Shown here: one piece after another, positions 30,119-39,996 of the stretch
Numbering within the stretch: the first letter of the stretch is position 1
Layout of the letters: every line of letters starts with the position of its first letter
Origin: Alphaproteobacteria bacterium
Lineage (GTDB): Bacteria > Pseudomonadota > Alphaproteobacteria > SHVZ01
Assembly (NCBI GenBank): GCA_041906305.1
Contig: JAYRJL010000009.1
Coordinates: 102,927-166,926, forward strand
Reading direction: 5' to 3'
Length of the DNA: 64,000 bases
Position numbers and translations under genes: made by a program
The notes under the pieces: model-generated
What the model saw: only the letters and a program-made list of their open reading frames with translations
Databases searched by the model: none
Told to the model about the DNA's origin: nothing

Positions 30119-31804
30119 TTGACCGGAGCCCTTTCAACGCGCGACGGACCATCGGTGCTCTCATTCCTCGCCTCTCCCTGGGCGCGGGCTCTCGTGCTCG
30201 TCGTAACGCTGGCGGCTCTGCTGCCGGGAGCGCTGCGCCTGCCGCCGATCGACCGCGACGAATCCCGCTACGCGCAGGCGACCAAGCAGATGCTCGAGAC
30301 GAAGGATTTCGTCCGCATCCGCTTCCAGGACGAGCCCCGGAACAAGAAGCCAGCCGGCGTGCACTGGATGCAGGCGGCCGCGGTCACGCTGTTCGCACCG
30401 GAAGCGCGCCAGATCTGGGCCTATCGCCTGCCGTCGATCCTCGGCGTGCTGATCGCCGTCGCGCTCACCATGGCCATCGCGCGCCGCCTCTACGACACGA
30501 TGACTGCCGGTGTCGCCGGCGGACTGATCAGCGCCGCGCTCCTGACCCAGGTCATGGGGCAGCAGGCGACGACCGACGGCGCGCTGCTGGCATCCGCGGT
30601 CGCGGCGCAGGGTGCGCTGGTGCTGGCCTATGTGCGGCAGCGTCGCGGCGAGCTCGTTCGTCCCGGCCTCGCCCTCGGCTTCTGGGCTGCCCTGGGCCTA
30701 GCGGTCCTGATCAAGGGACCGGTGATCCTCGCCGTCTCGGCCTTGACCGCGATCACGCTGTCAGTCGCCGACAAGGACTGGCGCTGGCTCAGGCTGCTCA
30801 GGCCCCTTCCCGGCGTCGTCCTGATGCTGGCGATCGCGAGCCCGTGGTTCATCGCGATCCAGCTCGCGACCGACGGCGGCTTCGTGCGCGACGCGGTCGG
30901 CAACGACCTGCTGCCGAAGCTGATCGGCGGCCAGGAGAGTCACGGCGCGCCGCCGGGCTACTACCTGGCGCTGGTCAGCCTCACCTTCCTTCCGGCTTCG
31001 CTGGTGCTGTGGCCGGCGCTGCGCGAGGCATGGTCCGATCGCCTCGATGCGCCGACCCGGGCGCTGCTGGCCTGGGCGATCCCGGCCTGGCTCCTGTTCG
31101 AGGCGGTGCCGACCAAGCTGCCCCACTATGTGCTGCCGATGTTCCCGGCGCTGGCCATGCTCGCCGCGCGCCTTCTCGTCCGCTCCGCCGACGGCGAGCG
31201 CACTGCCCTCGACAGCGCCTGGTCCAAGGTCTTCGCGCTCCCCTGGCTCATCGGCAGCGTGGCGCTCGCCGCCGCGCCCGTGGCGATCGGCTTCGTCCTC
31301 GACCGGCGCATCGACCCGACGGCACTCGTGCTCGGGCTTGGCGCCTCGACTGCCACGCTCATCGCCGCGATCGCCGTCATGCGCGGCCGTTGGCTCGCCG
31401 CGAGCGCGGTCTCCGCGGTAACCGCGTGGGCCGTCATGGCCGGCACCTTCGGGCAGGTGCTACCGCGCCTCGACCCGCTCTGGCTCGGGCGCGACGCGGC
31501 GGCGACCGTCGCCCGTCTCGCCCCGGGAACCGGCGCCGAGTCGCTCGCCGCCTCCGGCTATGCCGAGCCTAGCCTGGTTTTCGCGGTCGGCGCGCCGGTG
31601 CGCCTGGTCGAGGCCGGGACAGCCGCGAGATTCCTGGCCGAATCCCCCGGCCGGGTGGCCCTGATCGGCCGGGAGGAGCGGCCGGCGTTCGAGGCCGCCT
31701 TGGCGGCGGCCGGCGCCCGGGCCGAAGCGCTCGACACCCTCGCCGGCTTCAACTATTCCAAGGGCCGGTGGACCACGCTGACGCTCTATCGGCGGCACCC
31801 GTGA
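30119..31804 (+). CDS. GT39/GT83-type (ArnT/PMT-like) integral-membrane glycosyltransferase, undecaprenyl/dolichyl-phosphate-sugar dependent
   Basis: RLPPIDRDESRYAQATKQMLETKDFVRIRFQDEPRNKKPAGVHWMQAAAV is the hallmark DE-containing first periplasmic loop of ArnT/PMT enzymes. About 12 TM segments. The start is uncertain: TTG at 30119 or GTG at 30155. Confidence 0.8.
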   Translation: MTGALSTRDGPSVLSFLASPWARALVLVVTLAALLPGALRLPPIDRDESRYAQATKQMLETKDFVRIRFQDEPRNKKPAGVHWMQAAAVTLFAPEARQIWAYRLPSILGVLIAVALTMAIARRLYDTMTAGVAGGLISAALLTQVMGQQATTDGALLASAVAAQGALVLAYVRQRRGELVRPGLALGFWAALGLAVLIKGPVILAVSALTAITLSVADKDWRWLRLLRPLPGVVLMLAIASPWFIAIQLATDGGFVRDAVGNDLLPKLIGGQESHGAPPGYYLALVSLTFLPASLVLWPALREAWSDRLDAPTRALLAWAIPAWLLFEAVPTKLPHYVLPMFPALAMLAARLLVRSADGERTALDSAWSKVFALPWLIGSVALAAAPVAIGFVLDRRIDPTALVLGLGASTATLIAAIAVMRGRWLAASAVSAVTAWAVMAGTFGQVLPRLDPLWLGRDAAATVARLAPGTGAESLAASGYAEPSLVFAVGAPVRLVEAGTAARFLAESPGRVALIGREERPAFEAALAAAGARAEALDTLAGFNYSKGRWTTLTLYRRHP

Positions 31805-32499
31805 CGCCGCATCCCTGGTACTGGCCGCGACCCGCGCCGATCGCGTGGTTCTGGGCGGTGACGGTCGCGGCTGCGGTATTGGTCGGCCTCGGCGTGGGCT
31901 GGCTCGACCGCCCGGTGGCGATCTGGTTCCAGGGCCATGGCGACGAGACGATGAGGATCTTCCGCCGGCTCTCGCTCCCCGGCGACTCGGTCTGGTACCT
32001 CGTCGGCGGCGGCATTGGCGCACCGCTCGCCTATGTTCTCTCCCGACGCTACGCCGCACCGGCCCGAGACCGGCTGCTCAAGCTCGCGAGCCGGCTCGCC
32101 TTCCTCTTCCTCGCCGTCGCCGCGACCGGGCTCGCTGCCGACCTCTTCAAGATCCTGGTCGGCCGGGCGCGGCCGAAGCATCTGTTCCAGGACGGCATCA
32201 TGTCGATCGCGCCCGGAACGCTCAGCTCGTCCTGGTGGTCCTTCCCGTCCGGCCATTCGACGACGGTCGGCGCGGTCGCGATGACGCTGAGCCTGGTCTT
32301 CCCCAGGCTCGCATGGATGTGGATCCTGCTCGCGCTCGCCGTGGCGCTCGGCCGCGTCGGCGCCACCGCGCATTTCGTCAGCGACACCGTCGCCGGGCTC
32401 TGGCTCGGGGCGATCGGCGCGCTTCTCGTCAGCTGGGCGCTGGCGCGCCGGGCGGACACGATCGAGCGCCGCTGGGGGTTGCCGCGATGCGTTGGATGA
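31801..32499 (+). CDS. PAP2 family phosphatase (LpxE/PgpB-like lipid phosphatase)
   Basis: KILVGRARP ... PSGHS ... RVGATAHFVSD are the three PAP2 motifs (KxxxxxxRP, PSGH, SRxxxxxHxxxD). GTG at 31801 overlaps the stop of the upstream GT39 gene (GTGA). The track start ATG at 31768 is the alternative. Confidence 0.8.
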   Translation: MTPHPWYWPRPAPIAWFWAVTVAAAVLVGLGVGWLDRPVAIWFQGHGDETMRIFRRLSLPGDSVWYLVGGGIGAPLAYVLSRRYAAPARDRLLKLASRLAFLFLAVAATGLAADLFKILVGRARPKHLFQDGIMSIAPGTLSSSWWSFPSGHSTTVGAVAMTLSLVFPRLAWMWILLALAVALGRVGATAHFVSDTVAGLWLGAIGALLVSWALARRADTIERRWGLPRCVG

Positions 32500-33599
32500 C
32501 GCGCTATCCGCTGCGCCAGATGACGACGGCGCTGCTGTTCGCACTCGGCGCGGTGACGCTCGCGATCTGGCTGACCCAGGCGCTCCGCTTCGTCGACCTG
32601 ATCGTCAACCGCGGCCTGCCGATCGAGACCTTCCTGCACCTGGCCGTGCTGCTGCTGCCGCAGTTCTTCCAGCTGGTGCTGCCGATCGCCACGTTCTCGG
32701 CGGTGGTGTTCTCATACAACAAGATGCAGGCCGACTCCGAGCTCGTGGTGATGCGGGCGACCGGACTCTCTTCCGTCGGCCTGTCGAAGCCCGCCCTCCT
32801 CATGGCCCTGGGCGCCACCGCCTGCGCCTACGCGCTCAGCCTCTACTTCTCGCCGGTCGCGCACAGCGCCTTCAAGGACCTGCAGTTCCAGATCCGCAAC
32901 CAGTTCACCAACGTGCTGCTGCGCGAAGGCGTGTTCACCAACATCGGCGAGAAGATGACGGTCTACATCCGCCAGCGCGAAAGCTCGGGCGAGCTCCTCG
33001 GCGTGCTGGTCCAGGACGAGACCGACGCCAAGAAGCAGGTGACCATGGTCGCCGAGCGCGGCGCGCTGGTGCGCGGCGAGGACGGCCCGAAGGTGCTGAT
33101 GGTCAACGGCAACCGCCAGGAGCGCGACGTCGCCTCCGGACGGCTCTCGATCCTCTACTTCGAAAGCTACGCGCACGACCTCGGCCGCCTGCAGCAGGGT
33201 TCGATGCTGCGCTGGCGCGAGCCGCGCGAGCGCTTCATCCACGAGCTGTTCTGGCACGAGGGCAGCCAGATCGACATGGAGCATCACACCGAGCTGATGG
33301 CCGAGGGCCACCAGCGGATCGTGACGCCGCTGTTCTGCATCACCTTCACGCTGATCGCGCTCGCCGCGATCCTCAGCGGCGAATTCTCGAGGCGCGGCCA
33401 TCTCGGCCGCATCCTGGTCGCGATCCTCGCGGTGATCCTCTGCCAGGCCGCCAACCTCGGCGCGACCTACGCAGCGGTCCGAACGCTCGCGGTGGTGCCG
33501 CTGATGTATGCCGTGGCGATCCTGCCCGGCCTTGCCGCGCTCTGGATGATCGTCCATCCGCGGCGCCGCGCGATCCCTCGCCTGGCACCGGCCGAGTAG
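32487..33599 (+). CDS. lptF: LPS export ABC transporter permease LptF
   Basis: YjgP/YjgQ family. MTRYPLRQMTTALLFALGAVTLAIWLTQALRFVDLIV is the N-terminus and it is followed by lptG. An alternative ATG at 32496 overlaps the PAP2 stop (ATGA). Confidence 0.85.
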   Translation: MRWMTRYPLRQMTTALLFALGAVTLAIWLTQALRFVDLIVNRGLPIETFLHLAVLLLPQFFQLVLPIATFSAVVFSYNKMQADSELVVMRATGLSSVGLSKPALLMALGATACAYALSLYFSPVAHSAFKDLQFQIRNQFTNVLLREGVFTNIGEKMTVYIRQRESSGELLGVLVQDETDAKKQVTMVAERGALVRGEDGPKVLMVNGNRQERDVASGRLSILYFESYAHDLGRLQQGSMLRWREPRERFIHELFWHEGSQIDMEHHTELMAEGHQRIVTPLFCITFTLIALAAILSGEFSRRGHLGRILVAILAVILCQAANLGATYAAVRTLAVVPLMYAVAILPGLAALWMIVHPRRRAIPRLAPAE

Positions 33600-33600
33600 C

Positions 33601-34695
33601 ATGCGTCTTTCACGCACCCTCTCGATCTACATCGGGCGCCAGTTCCTCTACTGGTTCGCCTGCGTGTTCCTGGCCCTGCTGGCGTTGACCTTCGTCTTCG
33701 ACCTGGTCGAGCTCCTGCGCCGGATCGCCGGCCGGCAGCAGGCCGGGCTCGGCATCGTGATCCAGCTCGCGCTGTTCAAGCTGCCGACGATGGCGCAGAT
33801 GCTGCTGCCCTTCGCGGTGCTGTTCTCGACGATGATGACCTACTGGCGGCTGACGCGGAGCCAGGAGCTGGTCGTCGCCCGCGCCGCCGGCGTTTCGGTG
33901 TGGCAGTTCCTGCTGCCGGCGCTGGCCGCCGCCCTCCTGATCGGCGCGTTCCGCACCACGCTGTTCAATCCGGTCGCCTCGGTGCTGACCCAGCGCTACG
34001 AGCAGATCGAGGCGCAGGTCTTCCGGGGCCGCACCAGCCTCCTCGCCGTCTCGGAGTCGGGCCTCTGGCTCCGCCAGATGAGCGACCGCGGGCAGTCGAT
34101 CATGCACGCCCAGGGCGTCTCTCAGCAGCACATGGAGCTGCTGGACGCGACCGTCTTCCTCTACGAGGGTCTCGACAAGTACTCCGGGCGCATCGACGCC
34201 GCCTCGGCCCGTCTCGAGGAGGGCTCGTGGCTGCTCCGCGACGCCCTGGTTTCGATGGGCGACCGGCCGCCGGTGCGCGAACCGATCATGCGGATCTCGA
34301 CCGACCTCACGATCGAGACGATCCAGGACAGCTTCGCCGCGCCCGAGACGATGAGCTTCTGGGAGCTGCCGGCCTTCATCGAGGTGCTGGAGAAGGCGGG
34401 CTTCTCGGCCGCGCGCCACCGTCTCCACCTGCACGGGCTGCTCGCGGCTCCGCTGATGCTCTGCGCCATGGTGCTGATCGCGGCGACCTTCTCGCTCCGC
34501 ATGGTCCGCCGCGGCGGCACGCTCGCGGTCGCCGGCGCCGGCATTTTCGCCGGCTTCCTCGTCTACTTCGCCTCCGACGTGATCTTCGCCCTCGGCCTTT
34601 CCGGACGGCTCCCGGTCGAGCTCGCCGCCTGGACGCCGGCGTCCATCTCGACGCTTCTCGGTCTCGCCATGCTCCTGCACCTCGAGGACGGCTGA
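33601..34695 (+). CDS. lptG: LPS export ABC transporter permease LptG
   Basis: MRLSRTLSIYIGRQFLYWFACVFLALLALTFVFDLVELL is the YjgP/YjgQ signature. It starts 2 nt after lptF. Confidence 0.9.
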   Translation: MRLSRTLSIYIGRQFLYWFACVFLALLALTFVFDLVELLRRIAGRQQAGLGIVIQLALFKLPTMAQMLLPFAVLFSTMMTYWRLTRSQELVVARAAGVSVWQFLLPALAAALLIGAFRTTLFNPVASVLTQRYEQIEAQVFRGRTSLLAVSESGLWLRQMSDRGQSIMHAQGVSQQHMELLDATVFLYEGLDKYSGRIDAASARLEEGSWLLRDALVSMGDRPPVREPIMRISTDLTIETIQDSFAAPETMSFWELPAFIEVLEKAGFSAARHRLHLHGLLAAPLMLCAMVLIAATFSLRMVRRGGTLAVAGAGIFAGFLVYFASDVIFALGLSGRLPVELAAWTPASISTLLGLAMLLHLEDG

Positions 34696-36869
34696 TGCGC
34701 CTTCTCTTCGCCGTTCTCCTTTTCGTCGGTCTGGCCGCCGCCCCGGCCTCGGCCCAGCGCGGCAGCATGCGCCCCAGCAGCGAGCCGGTGCTGATCAAGG
34801 CCGACCAGCTGACGCACCATCAGGATCTCGGCACCATCGTCGCCACCGGCAACGTCGAGATCGTGCAGGGCGATCGCATCCTGCTCGCCGACAGCGTCAC
34901 CTACAGCGAGCGCGAGGACAAGGTCACCGCCACGGGCAACGTCAGCCTGACCCAGGTCACCGGCGAGGTGCTGTTCGCCGACTTCATCGAGCTGACCGGC
35001 GGCATGCGCGACGGCTACATCGAGAACCTGCGCGCGCTTCTCGCCGACAACAGCCGGCTCGCCGCGAACGCCGCGCGCCGCGTCGACGGAAACCGCAAGG
35101 AGATGACGCGCGCCGTCTACTCTCCCTGCGAACTCTGCAAGACCGATCCGACCAAGGCGCCGCTCTGGCAGATCAAGGCGATCAAGGTCGTCCACGACGA
35201 GGTCGCGCACGACATCGAGTACCAGGACGCCACGCTCGAGATGTGGGGCATCCCGGTCGCCTACTTCCCGACCCTGACCCACGCCGACCCGACGGTGCGC
35301 CAGCGCTCCGGCCTGCTCGCGCCCAAGCTCGGACGATCGGGCGACGTCGGCGCCATCGTCGGCGTTCCCTACTACTGGGCGATCAGCCCGAGCCAGGACC
35401 TGACGGTCGAGCCGATCATGTATTCGTCGGACGGCGGCCTGGTCACCACCGAGTACCGGCAGCGCTTCGCCAAGGGCCGGCTCTCGGTCGCCGGCAGCCT
35501 CGGCTATCTCGACCAGCGCGAAGGCGACACCAAGACCGGCGACCAGACCGCCAAGGGCCATATCGACGCGTCGACCCGGTTCGACCTGACGGACGTGTGG
35601 CGGAGCGGCGCCGATCTCCGGCGCTCGTCGGATCGGCTCTATCTCAAGCGCTACAAGCTCGGCGATCCCGAGGTGCTGACCAGCCGCGCCTTCGCCGAAG
35701 GCTTTTCCGGCCGCGACTACATGTCGTTGAACGCCTATTCGTTCCAGGGTCTCCGCGCGACCGACATCCGCGAACAGTCGCCGCTGCTGGCGCCTTACAC
35801 CTATTACTCCTATGTCGGCGAGCCGGGACGCCACGGCGGCCGCTTCTCGATGGACGCCAGCGCCATGTCGCTGACGCGCGACGTGGGCGCGGATTCGAAC
35901 CGGCTGGCGATGACCAGCGGCTGGACGCTTCCCTACACCTCGCCCGCCGGCGAGATCTATACGCTCCAGACCCTCCTCTACACCGACGGCTACTGGACCG
36001 CCGACGTGCAGGACCCGACGCGGCCGGGCAGCAGCTTCGAGGACGGGTTCGCGGGCCGCATCGTCCCGCAGATGAAGCTCGAGTGGCGCTACCCCTGGGT
36101 CAGGCGCGACACCGGCTTCCGCACGGTGATCGAGCCGATCGTCGACACGGTCATCAGCCCCGTCGGCGGCAACCCCGACCGCATCCCGAACGAGGATGCC
36201 CAGGTCTTCGAGCTCGACGAGACCAACCTGTTCCAGGCGAACCGCTTCGGCGGCTTCGACCGCGTGTCGACCGGCCAACGCGTCGACTACGGCCTCAAGG
36301 TCGGCTTCTACAGCGATGCCGGCCGCAGCGTCACCGCGCTGTTCGGACAGAGCTACGCCTTCCAGCGCGACTCGGCCTACGTGCTCGGGTCAGGCGTGAA
36401 CGAGAGCTGGTCGGACTATGTCGGCCGCCTGACTCTGTCGCCCGGCCCTTTCCTCGACCTCATCTACCGGTTCCGGCTGGACGAGGACAATTTCGCGCTC
36501 CGCCGCAACGAGATCGGCCTCTCGGCCGGCCCGTCCTGGCTCCGCCTCGACAGCTATTACCTGCAGGTGGCGTCGCGTCCGGACGTGCCCCAGATCGGCC
36601 AGCGGCGCGAGCTGGCGACCGTGATCAGCGCCCAGCTCTCGACCCACTGGTCGACGCAGGCAAGGCTGGTGCGCGACCTCGGCGCATCTCAGGACAAGAA
36701 CCGGCTCGCCGGGATCACCTTCAACTACGGCGACGAGTGCTTCACATTCGCCTTCGACATCACCCGTCGCTACACCACCGACGGATCGCTGAAGCCGGAC
36801 ACCACCGCCTTCGTCCGGCTGGTGTTCAAGAATCTCGGCCAGGTCGAAGCACGCGGGCTCGGGTTCTGA
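34695..36869 (+). CDS. lptD: LPS assembly outer-membrane protein LptD
   Basis: Signal peptide MRLLFAVLLFVGLAAAPASAQ. The OstA N-domain (ADQLTHHQDLGTIVATGNVEIVQGDRILLADSVTYSE) is followed by a large beta-barrel. The start overlaps the lptG stop (TGATG). This is the C-terminal 724 aa of the track ORF 33900..36869. Confidence 0.9.
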   Translation: MRLLFAVLLFVGLAAAPASAQRGSMRPSSEPVLIKADQLTHHQDLGTIVATGNVEIVQGDRILLADSVTYSEREDKVTATGNVSLTQVTGEVLFADFIELTGGMRDGYIENLRALLADNSRLAANAARRVDGNRKEMTRAVYSPCELCKTDPTKAPLWQIKAIKVVHDEVAHDIEYQDATLEMWGIPVAYFPTLTHADPTVRQRSGLLAPKLGRSGDVGAIVGVPYYWAISPSQDLTVEPIMYSSDGGLVTTEYRQRFAKGRLSVAGSLGYLDQREGDTKTGDQTAKGHIDASTRFDLTDVWRSGADLRRSSDRLYLKRYKLGDPEVLTSRAFAEGFSGRDYMSLNAYSFQGLRATDIREQSPLLAPYTYYSYVGEPGRHGGRFSMDASAMSLTRDVGADSNRLAMTSGWTLPYTSPAGEIYTLQTLLYTDGYWTADVQDPTRPGSSFEDGFAGRIVPQMKLEWRYPWVRRDTGFRTVIEPIVDTVISPVGGNPDRIPNEDAQVFELDETNLFQANRFGGFDRVSTGQRVDYGLKVGFYSDAGRSVTALFGQSYAFQRDSAYVLGSGVNESWSDYVGRLTLSPGPFLDLIYRFRLDEDNFALRRNEIGLSAGPSWLRLDSYYLQVASRPDVPQIGQRRELATVISAQLSTHWSTQARLVRDLGASQDKNRLAGITFNYGDECFTFAFDITRRYTTDGSLKPDTTAFVRLVFKNLGQVEARGLGF

Positions 36870-36942
36870 GCCCGCTCCGGCCGCCCCGGCCTCGCCTCGC
36901 CAAAACTTGCCTCCATGGACCGCAAGCAGTAGGTCTCACCCG

Positions 36943-38181
36943 ATGATGCTGGTTCGTCTCGCCCTTCTCGCCGTCCTCGCCCTGGCACCTGCGGCCGTGG
37001 CCCAGGACGCCATGCGGATCGCCGCGATCGTCAACGACGAGGCGATCTCGTTCCGCGACCTCGACGCCCGCATCCATCTCGTCCTGGTATCGAGCAACGT
37101 CGGCGACACGCAGGAGAACCGCCGCCGGGCCGCGCCCCAGGTGCTGCGCCAGCTGATCGACGAGCGCCTCCAGTTCCAGGAGGCCAAGCGGCTCAATATC
37201 GACGTGACCGAGGCCGAGATCGCCGACGCGCTCAAGCGCATCGAGACCGACGCCAAGATGCCGCCGGGCGGCATCGAGGACGAGATCAAGCGCGCCGGCA
37301 TCCACCGCCCTTCCCTGATCGACCAGATCCGGGCCGGACTGATCTGGCAAAAGCTGATCCGACGCCAGGTCGCCCCGCAGGTCCAGGTCGGCGACGACGA
37401 GGTCGAGGAGATCTACACCAGCATCGTCCGCTCGAAGGACCTGCCCGAGCTCCGGATCGCCGAGATCCAGCTGGGCATCGATCGCCCCGACCGCGAGGCC
37501 GAAGTCCGGCGGTTCGCCGAACAGCTGATCGAGCAGATGCGCGGCGGCGCCGACTTCGCCGCCCTGGCCCGCCAGTTCTCGGAAGGATCCAGCGCCGCGA
37601 CCGGCGGCGATATCGGCTGGGTACTGCCGACCCAGCTCGACGACACGATCGAGCGCGAGGTGTCGAAGGCCCAGCCCGGCGCCATCGTCGGTCCGATCCG
37701 GACCATTTCCGGCTTCAGCATCGTAAGGCTCATGGACCGGCGCCTGCTGCAGGGCCCCGGCTCCGAAGACATCGTCGTCAACCTGCGCCAGGCGCTGTTC
37801 CCGGTCTCCGGCGACGAAGCCGCGGCGCGCCAGCGCGCAGCGGCGATGGCCGAGGCCAAAGCCTGCCCCGACTTCGAGAAGATCGCAGAGGAGCAGAAGG
37901 CACTGAAGCCCTACAGCCTCGGCCGCCTCAAGATCAGCGAACTCAACAACGCCATCAAACCGCTGGTCGCGTCGATCGACGCCGGCAAGATGAGCGAGCC
38001 GACCAAGATCGCCGACGTGGTCGTCGTCTTCATGGTCTGCGACAAGACCCAGCAGGAGGCCGCAGGAGTCCCCAAGCGCGAGGAGATCCGCGAGCAGGTG
38101 TTCCGCAGCAAGCTCTCGATCGTCTCGCGCCGCTATCTCCGCGACCTTCGCCGCGCCGCGTACCTGGACTTCCGCACGTGA
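36943..38181 (+). CDS. surA: Periplasmic chaperone/peptidyl-prolyl isomerase SurA
   Basis: Signal peptide MMLVRLALLAVLALAPAAVAQ, then the SurA N-domain and parvulin domains. Conserved lptD-surA-pdxA-rsmA order. Confidence 0.85.
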   Translation: MMLVRLALLAVLALAPAAVAQDAMRIAAIVNDEAISFRDLDARIHLVLVSSNVGDTQENRRRAAPQVLRQLIDERLQFQEAKRLNIDVTEAEIADALKRIETDAKMPPGGIEDEIKRAGIHRPSLIDQIRAGLIWQKLIRRQVAPQVQVGDDEVEEIYTSIVRSKDLPELRIAEIQLGIDRPDREAEVRRFAEQLIEQMRGGADFAALARQFSEGSSAATGGDIGWVLPTQLDDTIEREVSKAQPGAIVGPIRTISGFSIVRLMDRRLLQGPGSEDIVVNLRQALFPVSGDEAAARQRAAAMAEAKACPDFEKIAEEQKALKPYSLGRLKISELNNAIKPLVASIDAGKMSEPTKIADVVVVFMVCDKTQQEAAGVPKREEIREQVFRSKLSIVSRRYLRDLRRAAYLDFRT

Positions 38182-39188
38182 CCTCTGCCCTGGCGCTGAC
38201 CATGGGCGAGCCCGCCGGCATCGGCGGTGAGATTTCGCTGATGTCGTGGTCGAAGCGCGCCGGTGGCGTTCCGCCGTTCTTCGTGCTGGACGATCCCGAT
38301 CGCCTGAAAGCGCTCGCCGCCAGGATCGGCCTTGCGACGCCGATCGCTGCGATCTCGGCGCCTGAGGAAGCCGCTGTCCGCTTCGCCGAGGCACTGCCGG
38401 TTCTCCCGGTCAAGCTCGCCGCGACCGCGACCCCCGGCAGGCTCGATCCCGCCAATGCCAGCGCGGTGCTCGAGGCGATCCGCCGCGCCGTCGATCTCGT
38501 GCGCATGGGCCGAGCCCGCGCGGTCGTCACCAACCCGATCCACAAGCACGCGCTCTACCAGGCGGGGTTCAATCACCCGGGACACACCGAGTACCTGGCC
38601 GAGCTCGCCGCCGAGAACGGCCGCACGCCCACCCCGGTGATGATGCTGGCCTGCCCCGAGCTCAAGGTCGTGCCGGTCACGATCCACCTGGCCCTGAAGC
38701 GTGCGATCTCGGACCTGACGTCCGAGATGATCGTGGAGACCGGCGAGATCCTGGCCCGCGACCTGAAGACCCGCTTCGGCAAGACGAACCCGCGGATCGC
38801 GGTCGCCGGCCTCAACCCGCATGCCGGGGAGAGCGGCGCGCTCGGCAAGGAGGACGACGAGATTGTCCGTCCCGCGGTCGAGGCGCTGAAGAAGCTCGGC
38901 ATCGACGCGACCGGTCCCTGGGCCCCGGACTCCATGTTCCATGCCGATGCCCGCGCCACGTACGACGCAGCGCTCTGCATGTACCACGATCAGGCGCTGA
39001 TCCCGATCAAGACGCTGGACTTCCACGGCGGCGTCAACGTGACGCTCGGCCTTCCCTTCATCCGGACCTCTCCCGACCACGGCACCGCGCTCGACATCGC
39101 CGGAACCGGCAGGGCCAATCCGGCGAGCCTGATCGCGGCGCTCAGGCTCGCCGACGCGATGGCGGAGAGCAGCGCTGGCCGCGCTTGA
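38178..39188 (+). CDS. pdxA: 4-hydroxythreonine-4-phosphate dehydrogenase
   Basis: [14 protein letters not shown]...[17 protein letters not shown]...[12 protein letters not shown] are the PdxA motifs. The GTG start overlaps the surA stop. Confidence 0.9.
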   Translation: MTSALALTMGEPAGIGGEISLMSWSKRAGGVPPFFVLDDPDRLKALAARIGLATPIAAISAPEEAAVRFAEALPVLPVKLAATATPGRLDPANASAVLEAIRRAVDLVRMGRARAVVTNPIHKHALYQAGFNHPGHTEYLAELAAENGRTPTPVMMLACPELKVVPVTIHLALKRAISDLTSEMIVETGEILARDLKTRFGKTNPRIAVAGLNPHAGESGALGKEDDEIVRPAVEALKKLGIDATGPWAPDSMFHADARATYDAALCMYHDQALIPIKTLDFHGGVNVTLGLPFIRTSPDHGTALDIAGTGRANPASLIAALRLADAMAESSAGRA

Positions 39189-39996
39189 GGCGCTGCCGCC
39201 GCTCGGCGAGGTCATCCGCCGTCACGGGCTGCAGGCGGTCAGGGCCCTCGGCCAGAACTTCCTTCTCGACCTCAACCTGACGGGCAAGATCGCGCGGTCG
39301 GCCGGCGATCTCGGCCACGGCACCACGATCGAGATCGGGCCGGGGCCCGGCGGCCTCACCCGGGCGCTTCTTCTGGCCGGTGCCAGGAAAGTCGTCGCAA
39401 TCGAGCGCGACCGTCGCGCGATGCCGGTGCTGGCCGAGATCGCTGCGGCAGCGGATGGAAGACTGGAGGTAGTCGAGGGCGACGCGCTCGAGATCGATGC
39501 CGCATCCCTCGGCGAGGCGCCACGGCGGATCGTCGCCAATCTCCCCTACAACATCGCGACACCGCTGCTTTTCGCCTGGCTCGCGAAGATCCGCGACTTC
39601 GAAAGCCTGACCCTGATGTTCCAGAAGGAAGTCGCCGAGCGCATCACCGCGCAGCCGAACTCGAAGGCCTATGGGCGCCTCGCGGTGATGACGCAGTGGG
39701 TCGGCGAGGCGAAGCGCCTGTTCGACATTCCGCCCCGCGCCTTCACGCCGCCGCCGAAGGTGACCTCCTCGGTGGTGCGGATCACGCCTCGTGCCGCGCC
39801 CGAGCCGGCCGATCCGAAGACGATGGAGCGCGTGGTCGCGACCGCCTTCAACCAGCGGCGCAAGATGCTTCGCCAGGCGCTCAAGCCGCTCGGCGATGGC
39901 GAAGGAATCCTGGCGAAAGCCGGCATCGACCCGACACGACGCGCCGAGACCTTGAGCGTCTCGGAGTTCGCCGCGCTCGCCCGCGCGGCTCAGTAG
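39175..39996 (+). CDS. rsmA: 16S rRNA (adenine1518/1519-N6)-dimethyltransferase RsmA/KsgA
   Basis: [38 protein letters not shown]...[14 protein letters not shown] is canonical KsgA. The frame opens at 39133, but the first canonical start (ATG 39421) lies after the SAM-binding motif. CTG at 39175 (or CTG at 39193) is the only plausible initiator, so the start coordinate is uncertain. Confidence 0.8.
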   Translation: MAALEALPPLGEVIRRHGLQAVRALGQNFLLDLNLTGKIARSAGDLGHGTTIEIGPGPGGLTRALLLAGARKVVAIERDRRAMPVLAEIAAAADGRLEVVEGDALEIDAASLGEAPRRIVANLPYNIATPLLFAWLAKIRDFESLTLMFQKEVAERITAQPNSKAYGRLAVMTQWVGEAKRLFDIPPRAFTPPPKVTSSVVRITPRAAPEPADPKTMERVVATAFNQRRKMLRQALKPLGDGEGILAKAGIDPTRRAETLSVSEFAALARAAQ

